Source of the DNA: OCS155 cluster bacterium AG-333-G23 | GTDB taxonomy: Bacteria; Actinomycetota; Acidimicrobiia; Actinomarinales; Actinomarinaceae | Assembly: GCA_003282445.1 (NCBI GenBank) | Contig: QBZE01000003.1 | Coordinates: 11,455-75,454 of the forward strand | Length of the DNA: 64,000 bases | Reading direction: 5' to 3' | Part shown: positions 55,043 through 64,000 of the stretch, piece after piece | How the letters are laid out: each line of letters starts with the position of its first letter | How positions within the stretch are numbered: position 1 is the stretch's first letter | Position numbers and translations under genes: made by a program | The notes under the pieces: generated by a model | What the model was told of the DNA's origin: nothing | Databases searched by the model: none | The model's input: only the letters and a program-made list of their open reading frames with translations

Positions 55043-56671
55043 TTAAACAGAGGCAAAAGAATCTTTTGCGTGATATGAAGATCTTACTAAAGGACCAGAT
55101 TCAATATGTGGAATACCAAATTTTTCACCAATTAATTTATATTCATCAAACTCATCTTGTGTTACATATCTGTGAATTGGTCTATGTTTAGATGTAGGTC
55201 TTAAATACTGACCTATTGTGACAATATCAATATCTATTTGGGATACATCTTTCAAAACTGCTATTACTTCATCAAATTCTTCACCCATACCAACAATTAG
55301 TCCCGTTTTAGTTTTTCCAGAAAAATTAACTTCTTTGGCATATTGAAGAAGAGAGAGTGACCTACCATAAGAAGCAGCTGTTCTTATTTCCCTCTGAAGT
55401 CTGGGGACAGTTTCTAGATTGTGATTTAACACTTCTGGTGCTTCATTAATTATGTTATCAATTGCTCTCCTGTCTCCTTTGAAATCAGGAATTAAAACTT
55501 CTACTGATGTTGAAGGGTTCATTAATTTAATTTCTTGAATGGTTTTTGCAAAAAATTCTGAACCTCCATCCTCAAGATCATCTCTGTTAACGGAAGTTAC
55601 TACAGCATGAGTGAGTTTCATCGTTTTAACACTTTCAGCAACTCTCAATGGTTCTAGCTCATCTAGGTCAGAAGGCTTTCCTGTGTTAACATCACAAAAA
55701 CCACAAGCTCTTGTACAAGTATCTCCCATGATCATAAAAGTTGCAGTGCCCATAGACCAACATTCATATATATTTGGACATGAAGCTTCCTCACAAACAG
55801 TGTTTAGTTTTTTTTCATTTATTAAATTTTTTAATTCAATATATTCAGAGCCAAGATTTGCCTTAACCTTCATCCATTCAGGTCTTTTAGGTTCTCCTGG
55901 TAATAATCCTTTTATTGTTACTGGTATTACATTCTTATTTTTATTAAAAACTCCTCTATCAACCATTTCATCAATTTCATATTTTTTTTCTTTCTTAAGT
56001 TGAGTTGGTGTAAATTGAGATAATTGACTATCAATAATCTCGTAATTAAAATTTCTTGAAAACTCTTTTGAGACCTCATTAACAATATCCTTAAATGAAA
56101 CCTCTCTATTAAAAGAGTGTACAGATGAAATCTTTTCATCTGAATTACCACAAGGATTAATCAAATCAAATCCATTCAAATCTTCAAAAATATTTAGAGA
56201 AAATCCATGATAAGTAGTCCATTTGCTGACTTTTATTCCAATTGAAGCAATCTTTCCTTTACTTGTCCAAACCCCTGTGTCCTCTTCTTTTGAATAAGAA
56301 TCTATATTAAAAGCTGCTAAAGCATTGATGATTGATTTTTCAATAGTTCTAACAAATGGAATAACTTTTTTTGGATCAGATAACCTAATTATTGGATAGC
56401 CAATAAGTTGCCCTTTACCATGAAAAGTTATATCTCCTCCTCTATCTGTTTCAAAATACTCTATTCCAAGATTGTCTAGCTTTTCTTTATTAGCGATAAG
56501 ATTATCTTTATCTCCTGATCGTCCGAGAGTGATGACGTTGTTGTGTTCTAATAGAAGTAAATAATCTTCTTCATTGTTACCATCAGAAACTGAATTATGA
56601 AGCCCTTTTTGAAGTGTTAATGCCTCCGCATATGGAAGGTTTCCAAGCCATCTTATGTTTAAAGCTCTCAA
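55043..56671 (-). CDS. lipB-lipA: Fused octanoyltransferase LipB / lipoyl synthase LipA
   Basis: One 542-aa ORF. N-terminal LipB motifs RGGDITFHGKGQLIGYPI, KIASIGIKV and NPCG. C-terminal LipA motifs CEEASCPNIYECW and CTRACGFCDV (radical SAM). Confidence 0.9.
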   Translation of the reverse strand: MRALNIRWLGNLPYAEALTLQKGLHNSVSDGNNEEDYLLLLEHNNVITLGRSGDKDNLIANKEKLDNLGIEYFETDRGGDITFHGKGQLIGYPIIRLSDPKKVIPFVRTIEKSIINALAAFNIDSYSKEEDTGVWTSKGKIASIGIKVSKWTTYHGFSLNIFEDLNGFDLINPCGNSDEKISSVHSFNREVSFKDIVNEVSKEFSRNFNYEIIDSQLSQFTPTQLKKEKKYEIDEMVDRGVFNKNKNVIPVTIKGLLPGEPKRPEWMKVKANLGSEYIELKNLINEKKLNTVCEEASCPNIYECWSMGTATFMIMGDTCTRACGFCDVNTGKPSDLDELEPLRVAESVKTMKLTHAVVTSVNRDDLEDGGSEFFAKTIQEIKLMNPSTSVEVLIPDFKGDRRAIDNIINEAPEVLNHNLETVPRLQREIRTAASYGRSLSLLQYAKEVNFSGKTKTGLIVGMGEEFDEVIAVLKDVSQIDIDIVTIGQYLRPTSKHRPIHRYVTQDEFDEYKLIGEKFGIPHIESGPLVRSSYHAKDSFASV

Positions 56672-57936
56672 CTAATTTCTCCTGACCAATCATGATTTTC
56701 CAGTTTGTCTTTAATTGCGTTTAAAAACAATAAAGCAGTTGAGCCATCAAAAACTCTGTGGTCCCAAGTTAAACTCAAAATTCCAGAATGTCTTATCTCA
56801 ATTGAATCCTCATCCTCTTCAGACTCAACTACTACTGCCTTCTTTTTTACTGACTCTGTAGACAGAATTGCAACATTAGGTTGATTAATAATAGGAGAAG
56901 TTAAAAAAGAATTAAAAGACCCATTATTTGAAATTGTAAATGTACTTCCTGAAACATCTTCAAGAGAAAAGTTTTTTTCTCTTAATTTTTGAGATAATGA
57001 AGTAATTTCTCTTGCTAGCGCTTTAACATCATATGAATCAGATTCTTTAATTGTTCCAACTAGTAATCCTTCTTGATTTATATCAACAGCAATCCCTAAA
57101 TCAATATTTGAATGTATGGTATGTGATTCTTGATCTAAATCGAAAGAACTGTTTACAACAGGGTATTTCTTTAAAGCACCTACGGTTGCATTAGCTATAA
57201 AAGGAAGATAGGTTAATGAAAATCCTTCATCTTTCTTGAAAGCTTCTTTTATTTCAGTCCTTAGTTGTGATATTTTCTCATAATCAACTTCAATTGTTGT
57301 CATTACGTGAGCAGAAGTTTGTTTTGATCTAACCATATTTTCAGCAATCTTTTTTCTTAATCTTGGTATAGATTCACCGGTACTTTTAGTTGAAGATACA
57401 GGCTTTTCAGCAACAGGTTCCTTAACTACTTTTTCTTCACTGGGTCTTTCTCCAGTTGCTATATAAGACTCAATATCTTTTCTTGTAATTCTTCCATCCT
57501 TTCCAGTTCCATTCAAAGAACTAGGATTTAGATTATTTTTACTCAATAACTTTCTAACAACGGGAGAAAGTTTTTGATCAGAATCACTTTCTACAACTAC
57601 AGAACTTACTTCTTCGCCTGTTTCATTTTCTACTATTTCTGGTTCTTCTTGTATCTCAGGCTCCGGAACTTCACTGGGTGTTTCAACTATATCTTGAGAA
57701 TCTCCATCAAGTTCAAGTAAATTTGCTCCAACAGCTACTGTCTCTCCTTCTTCTACAAGTAATGCTGTTACCGTTCCGCTAAATGGAGAGGGAACCTCGG
57801 TATCTACTTTGTCTGTTGAAATTTCTAAAATTGGATCATCTTCACTTACAACATCTCCTGCTTTAACTAGCCAACTTAGTACAGTGCCTTCTGTAACTGT
57901 CTCTCCAAGTTGTGGCATTGTTATGATTTTGCTCAT
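56668..57936 (-). CDS. Dihydrolipoamide acyltransferase (E2) of a 2-oxoacid dehydrogenase complex
   Basis: Lipoyl domain (ISTDKVDTEVPS), peripheral subunit-binding domain (SPVVRKLL...GTGKDGRITRKD), and catalytic DHRVFDG. Confidence 0.93.
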   Translation of the reverse strand: MSKIITMPQLGETVTEGTVLSWLVKAGDVVSEDDPILEISTDKVDTEVPSPFSGTVTALLVEEGETVAVGANLLELDGDSQDIVETPSEVPEPEIQEEPEIVENETGEEVSSVVVESDSDQKLSPVVRKLLSKNNLNPSSLNGTGKDGRITRKDIESYIATGERPSEEKVVKEPVAEKPVSSTKSTGESIPRLRKKIAENMVRSKQTSAHVMTTIEVDYEKISQLRTEIKEAFKKDEGFSLTYLPFIANATVGALKKYPVVNSSFDLDQESHTIHSNIDLGIAVDINQEGLLVGTIKESDSYDVKALAREITSLSQKLREKNFSLEDVSGSTFTISNNGSFNSFLTSPIINQPNVAILSTESVKKKAVVVESEEDEDSIEIRHSGILSLTWDHRVFDGSTALLFLNAIKDKLENHDWSGEIS

Positions 57937-57940
57937 TATG

Positions 57941-59947
57941 TTATTGTAATTCTTTGATAGCTTTTATTAAATTCTCTGCACTAGGAATAAAAGCATCTTC
58001 CAGTATTGGTGCAAATGGGATATGAGTATTAGGTGATGTAACTTTTATAATTGGATTATCTAAATTCCAAAAACCTTTTTCAGCTACTACTGAAGAAACT
58101 TCAGAAGCTATAGATGAAAAAGGGACATCTTCCTGTAGGATTACCAAGTTTGATGTTTTTTCAATAGACTTCAAAATTATCTCTTCATCTAATGGGAAAA
58201 TTGTCCTTAAATCAACTATCTCAACTGAGATATTATCTTTTTTTAATTCCTCAGCAGCTTCAATCGCTGTTGGCACCATTCCTGACCAAGCAACAACTGT
58301 AACGTCATCTCCTGTTTTAACAACTTTTCCTTTACCTAGTTCTACTTCATATAAACCTAGAGGAACATCCATTTTTAAATCTGGTTTTCTATACAACTTT
58401 TTATGTTCAAGATACATAACTGGGTTTGGATCAAAAATTGAAGCAACTAATAATCCTTTTGCATCATATGGATTAGAAGGAGCAACAACCTTAATTCCTG
58501 GGTGATGTGCTAACAATGACTCTGGACTAATTGAGTGAAATGGACCAGAACGAGTCCCTGCTCCAGTAGGACCCCTGACTACCAAAGGAACTGCTTTCCC
58601 TGCTTTCCAATAATATTTAGCTGCTTCTGTAGTGATCTGATCTAACGCTGGGTAAACAAAATCAAAAAACTGTAACTCAATGACAGGTTTTTTTCCCGCT
58701 AATGCTGCCCCAACTCCAGCTCCCATGAAGCCACCTTCCGATATTGGGGTATCTAGAACTCTTGATTCTCCATATTTTTCAAATAATCCCTTTGTAGCTT
58801 TAAATGCTCCTTCAAAAATACCTATATCTTCACCCATCATGAAAATATCTTCATCTTTCTCCATTGCTTCATCTAATCCATTATTTATTGCTTCAATAAA
58901 ATTCATTGTTTCACTATTTGATTCATCATTTGTAAACACCGGAGTCGTACGAGTAGCAAACATATCATCAATTTCTTCATCAGGATTGGGGTCATCTTGT
59001 TCTTTTGCCCAATCAATTGTAGTTTTAATCTCTTTCTCAATTTCTTCTGATAGTGTCTCAAAATCACTATTAGTAAATAGGCCTTCTTCAAGTAAGGCAT
59101 CTTCAAATCTTGTTATTGGATCTCTTTTTATCCAAAATTCTCTTACCTCATCTTCAACGTACTCAGCAGGGTCATGTCCTGCATGCCCATGATGTCTAAA
59201 TGTAACAAGCTCAATTAGGCTAGGCCCATCGTTATTACTTGCTTTCTCGCAAGCGTCGTGCATTGTGTCTATTACTTGATAAATATCATTGCCATCTATA
59301 ATTTTTGATTCTATGCCGTAGCCTGCTCCTCTATCCGCAACATTAGGTGTGCCAAATTCAACTTCATTCGGAGAGGAATAAGCGAATTGATTATTCTGTA
59401 CAGTAAAAACAATAGGTAAATTATGAACGCCTGCCATGTTTATACTTTCATGCCAGGTTCCAGTAGCAGTAGCTCCTTCTCCACAATTGGCAATTGCAAC
59501 CACGCCGCTGTTAGATTGCTGTGAAGCTAAAGCCCATCCAACCGCAACAGGTGCTGAGTCAGGCAGTGGAGAAACTACCATTAATGTTCCTTTATCTACA
59601 ACTCCAAAATGGCTATTTCCATCCCTACCTTTAGAGGGTCCATGTTTCTTTCCAAAGAAATTTAAGCATATTTCCTCTAAAGAAACTCCTCTCATCATTT
59701 GAACACCTAAATCCCTGTGTGTTCCACCAAATATATCATCTTTTCCCATACCAGCTCCAATTCCAGCCATTGAAGCTTCCTGGCCTATTCCTGGATATAC
59801 AGCACCAGAGAGTTGTCCCCCCTTATAAAGCTTTAATAATCTTTCTTCAAGAAGCCGCTGGGTTTTCATTGATTTGTATATCTCCCAAAGTTCTTCTTTG
59901 TTTAAACTCTTTGAGTAGCCTTTTCTTTTTATTGTTTCAATCTCCAT
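57941..59947 (-). CDS. Fused E1 alpha-beta component of a TPP-dependent 2-oxoacid dehydrogenase
   Basis: 668 aa. The N-terminal half has alpha-subunit features (GQEA, the TPP motif CGEGATATGTWHESINMA). The C-terminal half has beta-subunit features (MNFIEAINNGL...GEDIG..GAFKATKGL...RVLDTPISE). Confidence 0.9.
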   Translation of the reverse strand: MEIETIKRKGYSKSLNKEELWEIYKSMKTQRLLEERLLKLYKGGQLSGAVYPGIGQEASMAGIGAGMGKDDIFGGTHRDLGVQMMRGVSLEEICLNFFGKKHGPSKGRDGNSHFGVVDKGTLMVVSPLPDSAPVAVGWALASQQSNSGVVAIANCGEGATATGTWHESINMAGVHNLPIVFTVQNNQFAYSSPNEVEFGTPNVADRGAGYGIESKIIDGNDIYQVIDTMHDACEKASNNDGPSLIELVTFRHHGHAGHDPAEYVEDEVREFWIKRDPITRFEDALLEEGLFTNSDFETLSEEIEKEIKTTIDWAKEQDDPNPDEEIDDMFATRTTPVFTNDESNSETMNFIEAINNGLDEAMEKDEDIFMMGEDIGIFEGAFKATKGLFEKYGESRVLDTPISEGGFMGAGVGAALAGKKPVIELQFFDFVYPALDQITTEAAKYYWKAGKAVPLVVRGPTGAGTRSGPFHSISPESLLAHHPGIKVVAPSNPYDAKGLLVASIFDPNPVMYLEHKKLYRKPDLKMDVPLGLYEVELGKGKVVKTGDDVTVVAWSGMVPTAIEAAEELKKDNISVEIVDLRTIFPLDEEIILKSIEKTSNLVILQEDVPFSSIASEVSSVVAEKGFWNLDNPIIKVTSPNTHIPFAPILEDAFIPSAENLIKAIKELQ

Positions 59948-61311
59948 TAATGCAAACCTTTCCCGCTTAGAGACATGAGTGATTCTCCTATAGCTTCACT
60001 TAATGTTGGGTGAGCATGAATAAATTCTGCAGCTTCACTAGGAAGAGCTTCCCATCCAACCATATACATTAACTCATGTATTAGCTCTCCTGCACTTGGA
60101 CCGCATACACTTGCGCCAACGATAGGGCCATTTTCCTCTGCATAAACTTTAACGATTCCTTGGTTTTGGTTTTGTATTAAAGCCCTTCCCACGCCGACAA
60201 AACTATGCTGAGACTGGGAAATATTGAGCTCATTTACTTTTGCTTTTTCAGAGTTTGTACCTACTTCAGCTAGCTCTGGATTTGTATATACAACATATGG
60301 AATTGCTGAATAATTTACAGGGCTTTTCTCGCCAGTAGCAATATGTGTAATTGCAGAGATTGCTTCTGCAAAAGCTACATGAGCTAACTGTGGAGAGTCT
60401 TTTACTATGTCACCTAATGCATAGATATTATCAGTAGAAGTTTGCATAGTTTCAAGATCTACATTTATAAATCCATTTTCATTTGATATCCCAACATTAT
60501 CCAGGCCAATATTCTGAGTAAAAGGTTGTCGGCCGATAGCAACCAAGACAGAGTCAAAATTTTCTTTTTCTCCGTCTGAAAAAACTATTTCATTATTACT
60601 GGTGCTTTCTATGGAAGTTTTTAATTTAAAATTTACGCCTCTTTTTGTTAATTGTTTTCTTAATTCTGCAGATGTTCTCTTGTCTAAACCGGGAAGAATT
60701 TCATCTTCTAACTCAACAACAGTAACTTCTGAATCAAGATCGATAAGTAAACTTGCAAATTCACATCCAATTGCTCCTGCACCAACTATACAAACTTTTT
60801 TTGGTGGCTCGTCCCAGTTCAATGCTGTATCTGAATTTATTATGAAATTATTATCAAACTCTAAATTAGGTAGGCTTCTTGGCTGAGAACCAGTAGCTAA
60901 GAGGACGTAATCTGAAGCAATCTTTTCTTCTTCTCCATTTTCTTTTTTAACAATTACAACATTTTTTGACTCTATCTGTCCCCATCCCTCAATGACATTT
61001 ACTTTTTTACTTTTTAATAAAGTCCCTATCCCTGAAACTAATTTGTTAACTATCTCGTTTCTTTTATTTGTTGTATTTGCCCAATTAATATTTTTTTGAT
61101 TTATTTCTATTCCGTAGTCATTGGCATTCTCAATTTCATGATTCAGTTCAGCAACATGTAACCAGTATTTTGCAGGGATGCATCCTCTATTTAAACAAGT
61201 ACCACCTAAAACATCAGACTCTATAAGTGTTACGTCTAAATCGAAATTATTAGCATATAAAGCAGCCGCATAACCTGCGGGGCCACCGCCAATTATCGTT
61301 ATTTTTTTCAA
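59947..61311 (-). CDS. lpd: Dihydrolipoyl dehydrogenase (E3)
   Basis: GGGPAGY FAD fold, redox-active disulfide GGTCLNRGCIPAK, C-terminal HAHPTLSE. Confidence 0.95.
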   Translation of the reverse strand: MKKITIIGGGPAGYAAALYANNFDLDVTLIESDVLGGTCLNRGCIPAKYWLHVAELNHEIENANDYGIEINQKNINWANTTNKRNEIVNKLVSGIGTLLKSKKVNVIEGWGQIESKNVVIVKKENGEEEKIASDYVLLATGSQPRSLPNLEFDNNFIINSDTALNWDEPPKKVCIVGAGAIGCEFASLLIDLDSEVTVVELEDEILPGLDKRTSAELRKQLTKRGVNFKLKTSIESTSNNEIVFSDGEKENFDSVLVAIGRQPFTQNIGLDNVGISNENGFINVDLETMQTSTDNIYALGDIVKDSPQLAHVAFAEAISAITHIATGEKSPVNYSAIPYVVYTNPELAEVGTNSEKAKVNELNISQSQHSFVGVGRALIQNQNQGIVKVYAEENGPIVGASVCGPSAGELIHELMYMVGWEALPSEAAEFIHAHPTLSEAIGESLMSLSGKGLH

Positions 61312-61473
61312 ATTACCTCTTCCAAGATAGGATCTCTATCAAATTGAGATAATAACTACACCAAATATAGGGGTCCCCTAATTGGTGATCAAAGTTATTT
61401 TCAATACTAATTTTAATCGAAAAGAATAATTGTTCCCACTCAAGATAAAGCAATAATTGGATAAAATATATCT

Positions 61474-61560
61474 ATGCAAACACGATACTTAATAATAGCT
61501 TCCCTTCTTACCGGTGTACTTATACTTGTCTCTTTTGCTGTTTGGTTGATAACAAATTAA
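61474..61560 (+). CDS. Possible 28-aa single-TM micropeptide
   Basis: ATG...TAA encodes MQTRYLIIASLLTGVLILVSFAVWLITN. The stop lies 1 nt before the GTG start of the MBL gene. Below the track's length cutoff, with no other support. Confidence 0.25.
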   Translation: MQTRYLIIASLLTGVLILVSFAVWLITN

Positions 61561-61561
61561 T

Positions 61562-62527
61562 GTGAAAAGTTTTAAATTATCTAACGGTATCACTCATATC
61601 CCACTTGAGCTACCTTGGACATCTCCTGGCTTTGTGAACGTTTATCTCATTGAAGATTCTGATGGTTACATAATGATTGATTGTGGAGTTAATGGTGAGA
61701 AATATTTTTCATTACTTAAAAACTACCTTATGGAAGAAAAAATAGAATTAAATGAAATAAAACTTTTAATTGGAACCCACATGCATAGTGATCATATAGG
61801 TTTGTCTGGTTCTTTAAGAAATGAAGGAATACCGTTTGCACTATATAAAAATTCAGTTGATTTCTTAAATGAATATAACGACTGGAGTTTAAGATTTAAA
61901 GATTTATTTATCTATTCAAAAAAAGAAGGTGCTCCTAAATCATTTTTATCAGATATACAATCTATAACCACACCTACATACGCTGGGAACGTTAAAAAAC
62001 CAGATGTATTACTTGATGAAGGAAAAATAAAAAATATAAATAGAGACCTATCAGTAATTTTCACTCCAGGACACGATCAAAGTGAAATATCAATTCATGA
62101 CTCTAAAAGTAAAGTTATCTTTTCAGGAGATCATATTCTTCCAAGGATAACTCCTTTTATTCCAACTATTGATAGTGAAAGTAATTTGTTAAATGATTTT
62201 ATTATCTCTCTTGAAAAAATAGAAAGTATTGAGCATGAAACTATTGCTCCGGGTCATGGAAAAATTATTGATGAACCACATAAAAGAATAAGACAAATGA
62301 TTCTGCATCATCAAAGAAGGTCTGAAAAAATTGTTGATTTACTTGGAAATAAAAAACTAACAGGATGGGAAATAACAAATTTGCTATTCCCAAGAAAATT
62401 GGACGCTTTGAATTTAAGACTTGCCTTTCAGGAGACACTGGCTCATTTAAAGTATTTGGAAAGTAAGAAAGTTTTAAAGCATAATATTCAAAAATATAAT
62501 TCCTGGGAAGTTATTAAAAGGGCTTAA
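61562..62527 (+). CDS. MBL-fold metallo-hydrolase
   Basis: HxHxDH motif THMHSDHIG, with downstream TPGHD and GDH ligand motifs. Confidence 0.85.
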   Translation: MKSFKLSNGITHIPLELPWTSPGFVNVYLIEDSDGYIMIDCGVNGEKYFSLLKNYLMEEKIELNEIKLLIGTHMHSDHIGLSGSLRNEGIPFALYKNSVDFLNEYNDWSLRFKDLFIYSKKEGAPKSFLSDIQSITTPTYAGNVKKPDVLLDEGKIKNINRDLSVIFTPGHDQSEISIHDSKSKVIFSGDHILPRITPFIPTIDSESNLLNDFIISLEKIESIEHETIAPGHGKIIDEPHKRIRQMILHHQRRSEKIVDLLGNKKLTGWEITNLLFPRKLDALNLRLAFQETLAHLKYLESKKVLKHNIQKYNSWEVIKRA

Positions 62528-62717
62528 AACCTCTATTTTTTGCTTCATGAATATTATCCGGAGCAAAAGCTTGGATTAGATTGTTTATGATTAAATCTTT
62601 ATCATTAATTAAATTTTCTATTTGAGCAAACTCATCTTGGTTGTCACAATCATAGACTCTCATGTTTTTTCGATTTCCAAGAAATCTATAATTTTCAAAT
62701 TTAGCTATTCGTCCCAA
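62514..62717 (-). CDS. Hypothetical 67-aa protein
   Basis: ORF 3 nt downstream of the acyl-CoA dehydrogenase stop. No motif I recognise. Confidence 0.4.
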   Translation of the reverse strand: MGRIAKFENYRFLGNRKNMRVYDCDNQDEFAQIENLINDKDLIINNLIQAFAPDNIHEAKNRGFKPF

Positions 62718-62720
62718 TTT

Positions 62721-63842
62721 TTATAGATTTATTAAGTTGGCTATTTCACTTCTTGCAGATTTTGATGTTCCAAACAATAATGAATCGGATTTTGCTTTTT
62801 TAAAATATAAATGTGCTGGATGCTCCCATGTAAAACCTATGCCTCCGTGAACTTGTATGTTATCTCCTGCAGCCTTATTAAATACTTCTGAACAATAAGA
62901 TTTTGCCATCAGTGCACTCATTTCTAGTTCAACGTTATCTTCCGGGTCCACTCTTACAGAACTGTATGCAAGAGATTTTGCACTTTCAATTTGTAACAAC
63001 ATATTGGCACAAATGTGTTGAATTGCTTGAAATGAACCTATTGGTCGACCAAACTGGATTCGTTCTTTTGCATACTCTGTAGACATATCTAAGCAAGCTT
63101 GAGCTCCACCTACTTGTTCCATTGAAAGGAAAGATAATGCAATGTTTTTAACTTTGTTCCACTGACTTAGTTCCTCATCAAGTTCAATCATCATATTTTC
63201 TTTATCCACTTGTACATCTTTAAATTCAATCTCACACATTGGTCTTGTTTGATCAAGAGAAGTTGTTTCATTAACAGACACTCCATCAGCATCTTTATTA
63301 ATTAATACAAATTTAAATTCTTCTTCTTCTTTTGCTAGTACCGCTAAATAATCTGAAGAATCTCCAAACATAACATATTTTTTTGTGCCATTTAGAACCC
63401 AACCATTATCATTTTTAACAATTACTGATCCAATATTTTCTTTATTAATTTCATACTTGTCATTTTCATAAACAGCATAACTACCTATTTTTTGACCAGA
63501 AATAATATCTGGAAGAACTCTTCCTTTTAATTCATCATTTGAATGCATAACTAATTGTTTAAAAACAACCCCGGAACTAAATAATGGAATAATTGGCATA
63601 TAGTAACCCAAAACCTCAGAAAGTATTGCAGCATCTACTATTGAAAAACCAAGTCCTCCATCTTCTTCAGGCACATCTAAAGCTAGCCAACCTTGTTCAA
63701 TAACTAACTTCCAAATATCTTCATCTAGACGTGTATTATCATCTATTTTTCTTATTGTTTCTAAATTATCAATTTTCTCTGAAAGTAGTTTTTCAGCATT
63801 CTCTTTAATTTCTTTTTGTAAATCTGTAAGAATAAATTGCAT
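62721..63842 (-). CDS. Acyl-CoA dehydrogenase family protein
   Basis: Three-domain ACAD length (373 aa). RIQFGRPIGSFQAIQH and IQVHGGIGFTWEH are typical of ACADs. Confidence 0.88.
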   Translation of the reverse strand: MQFILTDLQKEIKENAEKLLSEKIDNLETIRKIDDNTRLDEDIWKLVIEQGWLALDVPEEDGGLGFSIVDAAILSEVLGYYMPIIPLFSSGVVFKQLVMHSNDELKGRVLPDIISGQKIGSYAVYENDKYEINKENIGSVIVKNDNGWVLNGTKKYVMFGDSSDYLAVLAKEEEEFKFVLINKDADGVSVNETTSLDQTRPMCEIEFKDVQVDKENMMIELDEELSQWNKVKNIALSFLSMEQVGGAQACLDMSTEYAKERIQFGRPIGSFQAIQHICANMLLQIESAKSLAYSSVRVDPEDNVELEMSALMAKSYCSEVFNKAAGDNIQVHGGIGFTWEHPAHLYFKKAKSDSLLFGTSKSARSEIANLINL

Positions 63843-63918
63843 TATATAAGTCTAATTTTATTTTCATATTTAACTAATGAAATCTCGTTTGTTTTTATTA
63901 GCATTTAACATAGAGAAT

Positions 63919-64000
63919 ATGTTAAAAATTAATAATCTACATGCATCAGTTGATTCAACTGAGATATTAAAGGGAATAAACCTTGAAATAAATGATGGAG
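63919..64000 (+). CDS. sufC: Fe-S cluster assembly ATPase SufC, N-terminal fragment cut by the window edge
   Basis: MLKINNLHASVDSTEILKGINLEINDG matches the conserved SufC N-terminus. Only 27 codons are visible. Confidence 0.6.
   Translation, partial: MLKINNLHASVDSTEILKGINLEINDG

Noticed and set aside
58680-59192. Long antisense ORFs inside confident genes: 58680..59192 (170 aa), 30358..30804 (148 aa), 55611..56003 (130 aa), 47798..48196 (132 aa), 6471..6857 (128 aa), 4596..4934, 9474..9824, 38230..38559
   Set aside because: Each is entirely contained in a strongly supported gene on the opposite strand. Each translates to Ser/Leu/Ile/Phe-rich low-complexity sequence with no motif. None has its own RBS or flanking non-coding space. 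They are typical mirror-frame artefacts.

Overview
This is a very AT-rich (roughly 30% GC by eye), extremely gene-dense chromosomal segment with about 65 protein genes, one tRNA and the tmRNA. I found no rRNA, transposase, integrase or CRISPR array. A WhiB-family gene points to an actinobacterium. So do long runs of gene order that, from memory, match Mycobacterium: hom-thrC; rsmI-tatD-ksgA-ispE-glmU-prs; prfB-ftsE-ftsX-smpB-ssrA; sahH-manB...fbiA-fbiB; pepB-E2-lipB-lipA. The low GC and streamlining suggest a planktonic marine lineage such as Ca. Actinomarinales, but that is inference and cannot be verified here. Most of the content is housekeeping. Items worth a second look, strongest first. 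(1) An AhpD/CMD-family redox gene is split in the ORF track by an in-frame TGA that sits exactly at the second Cys of its CxxC motif. A GC-rich hairpin with a GGUC loop follows it, which makes it a selenoprotein candidate. (2) That gene lies in a ~5.2 kb redox-rich block wedged between smpB and ssrA, which are normally adjacent. (3) A large secreted tandem-domain surface protein at the left edge is missing from the ORF track because it runs off the window. (4) A GT2 / GtrA / GT-C module sits next to mannose-activation genes and near Thr-rich lipoproteins. (5) lipB-lipA and E1 alpha-beta are gene fusions within one 2-oxoacid dehydrogenase operon. (6) prfB has a textbook +1 frameshift site, so the track ORF lacks the first 23 codons. 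(7) An AbrB-like gene occupies the same syntenic slot as Bacillus abrB. All family assignments come from motifs read by eye. No database search was possible.
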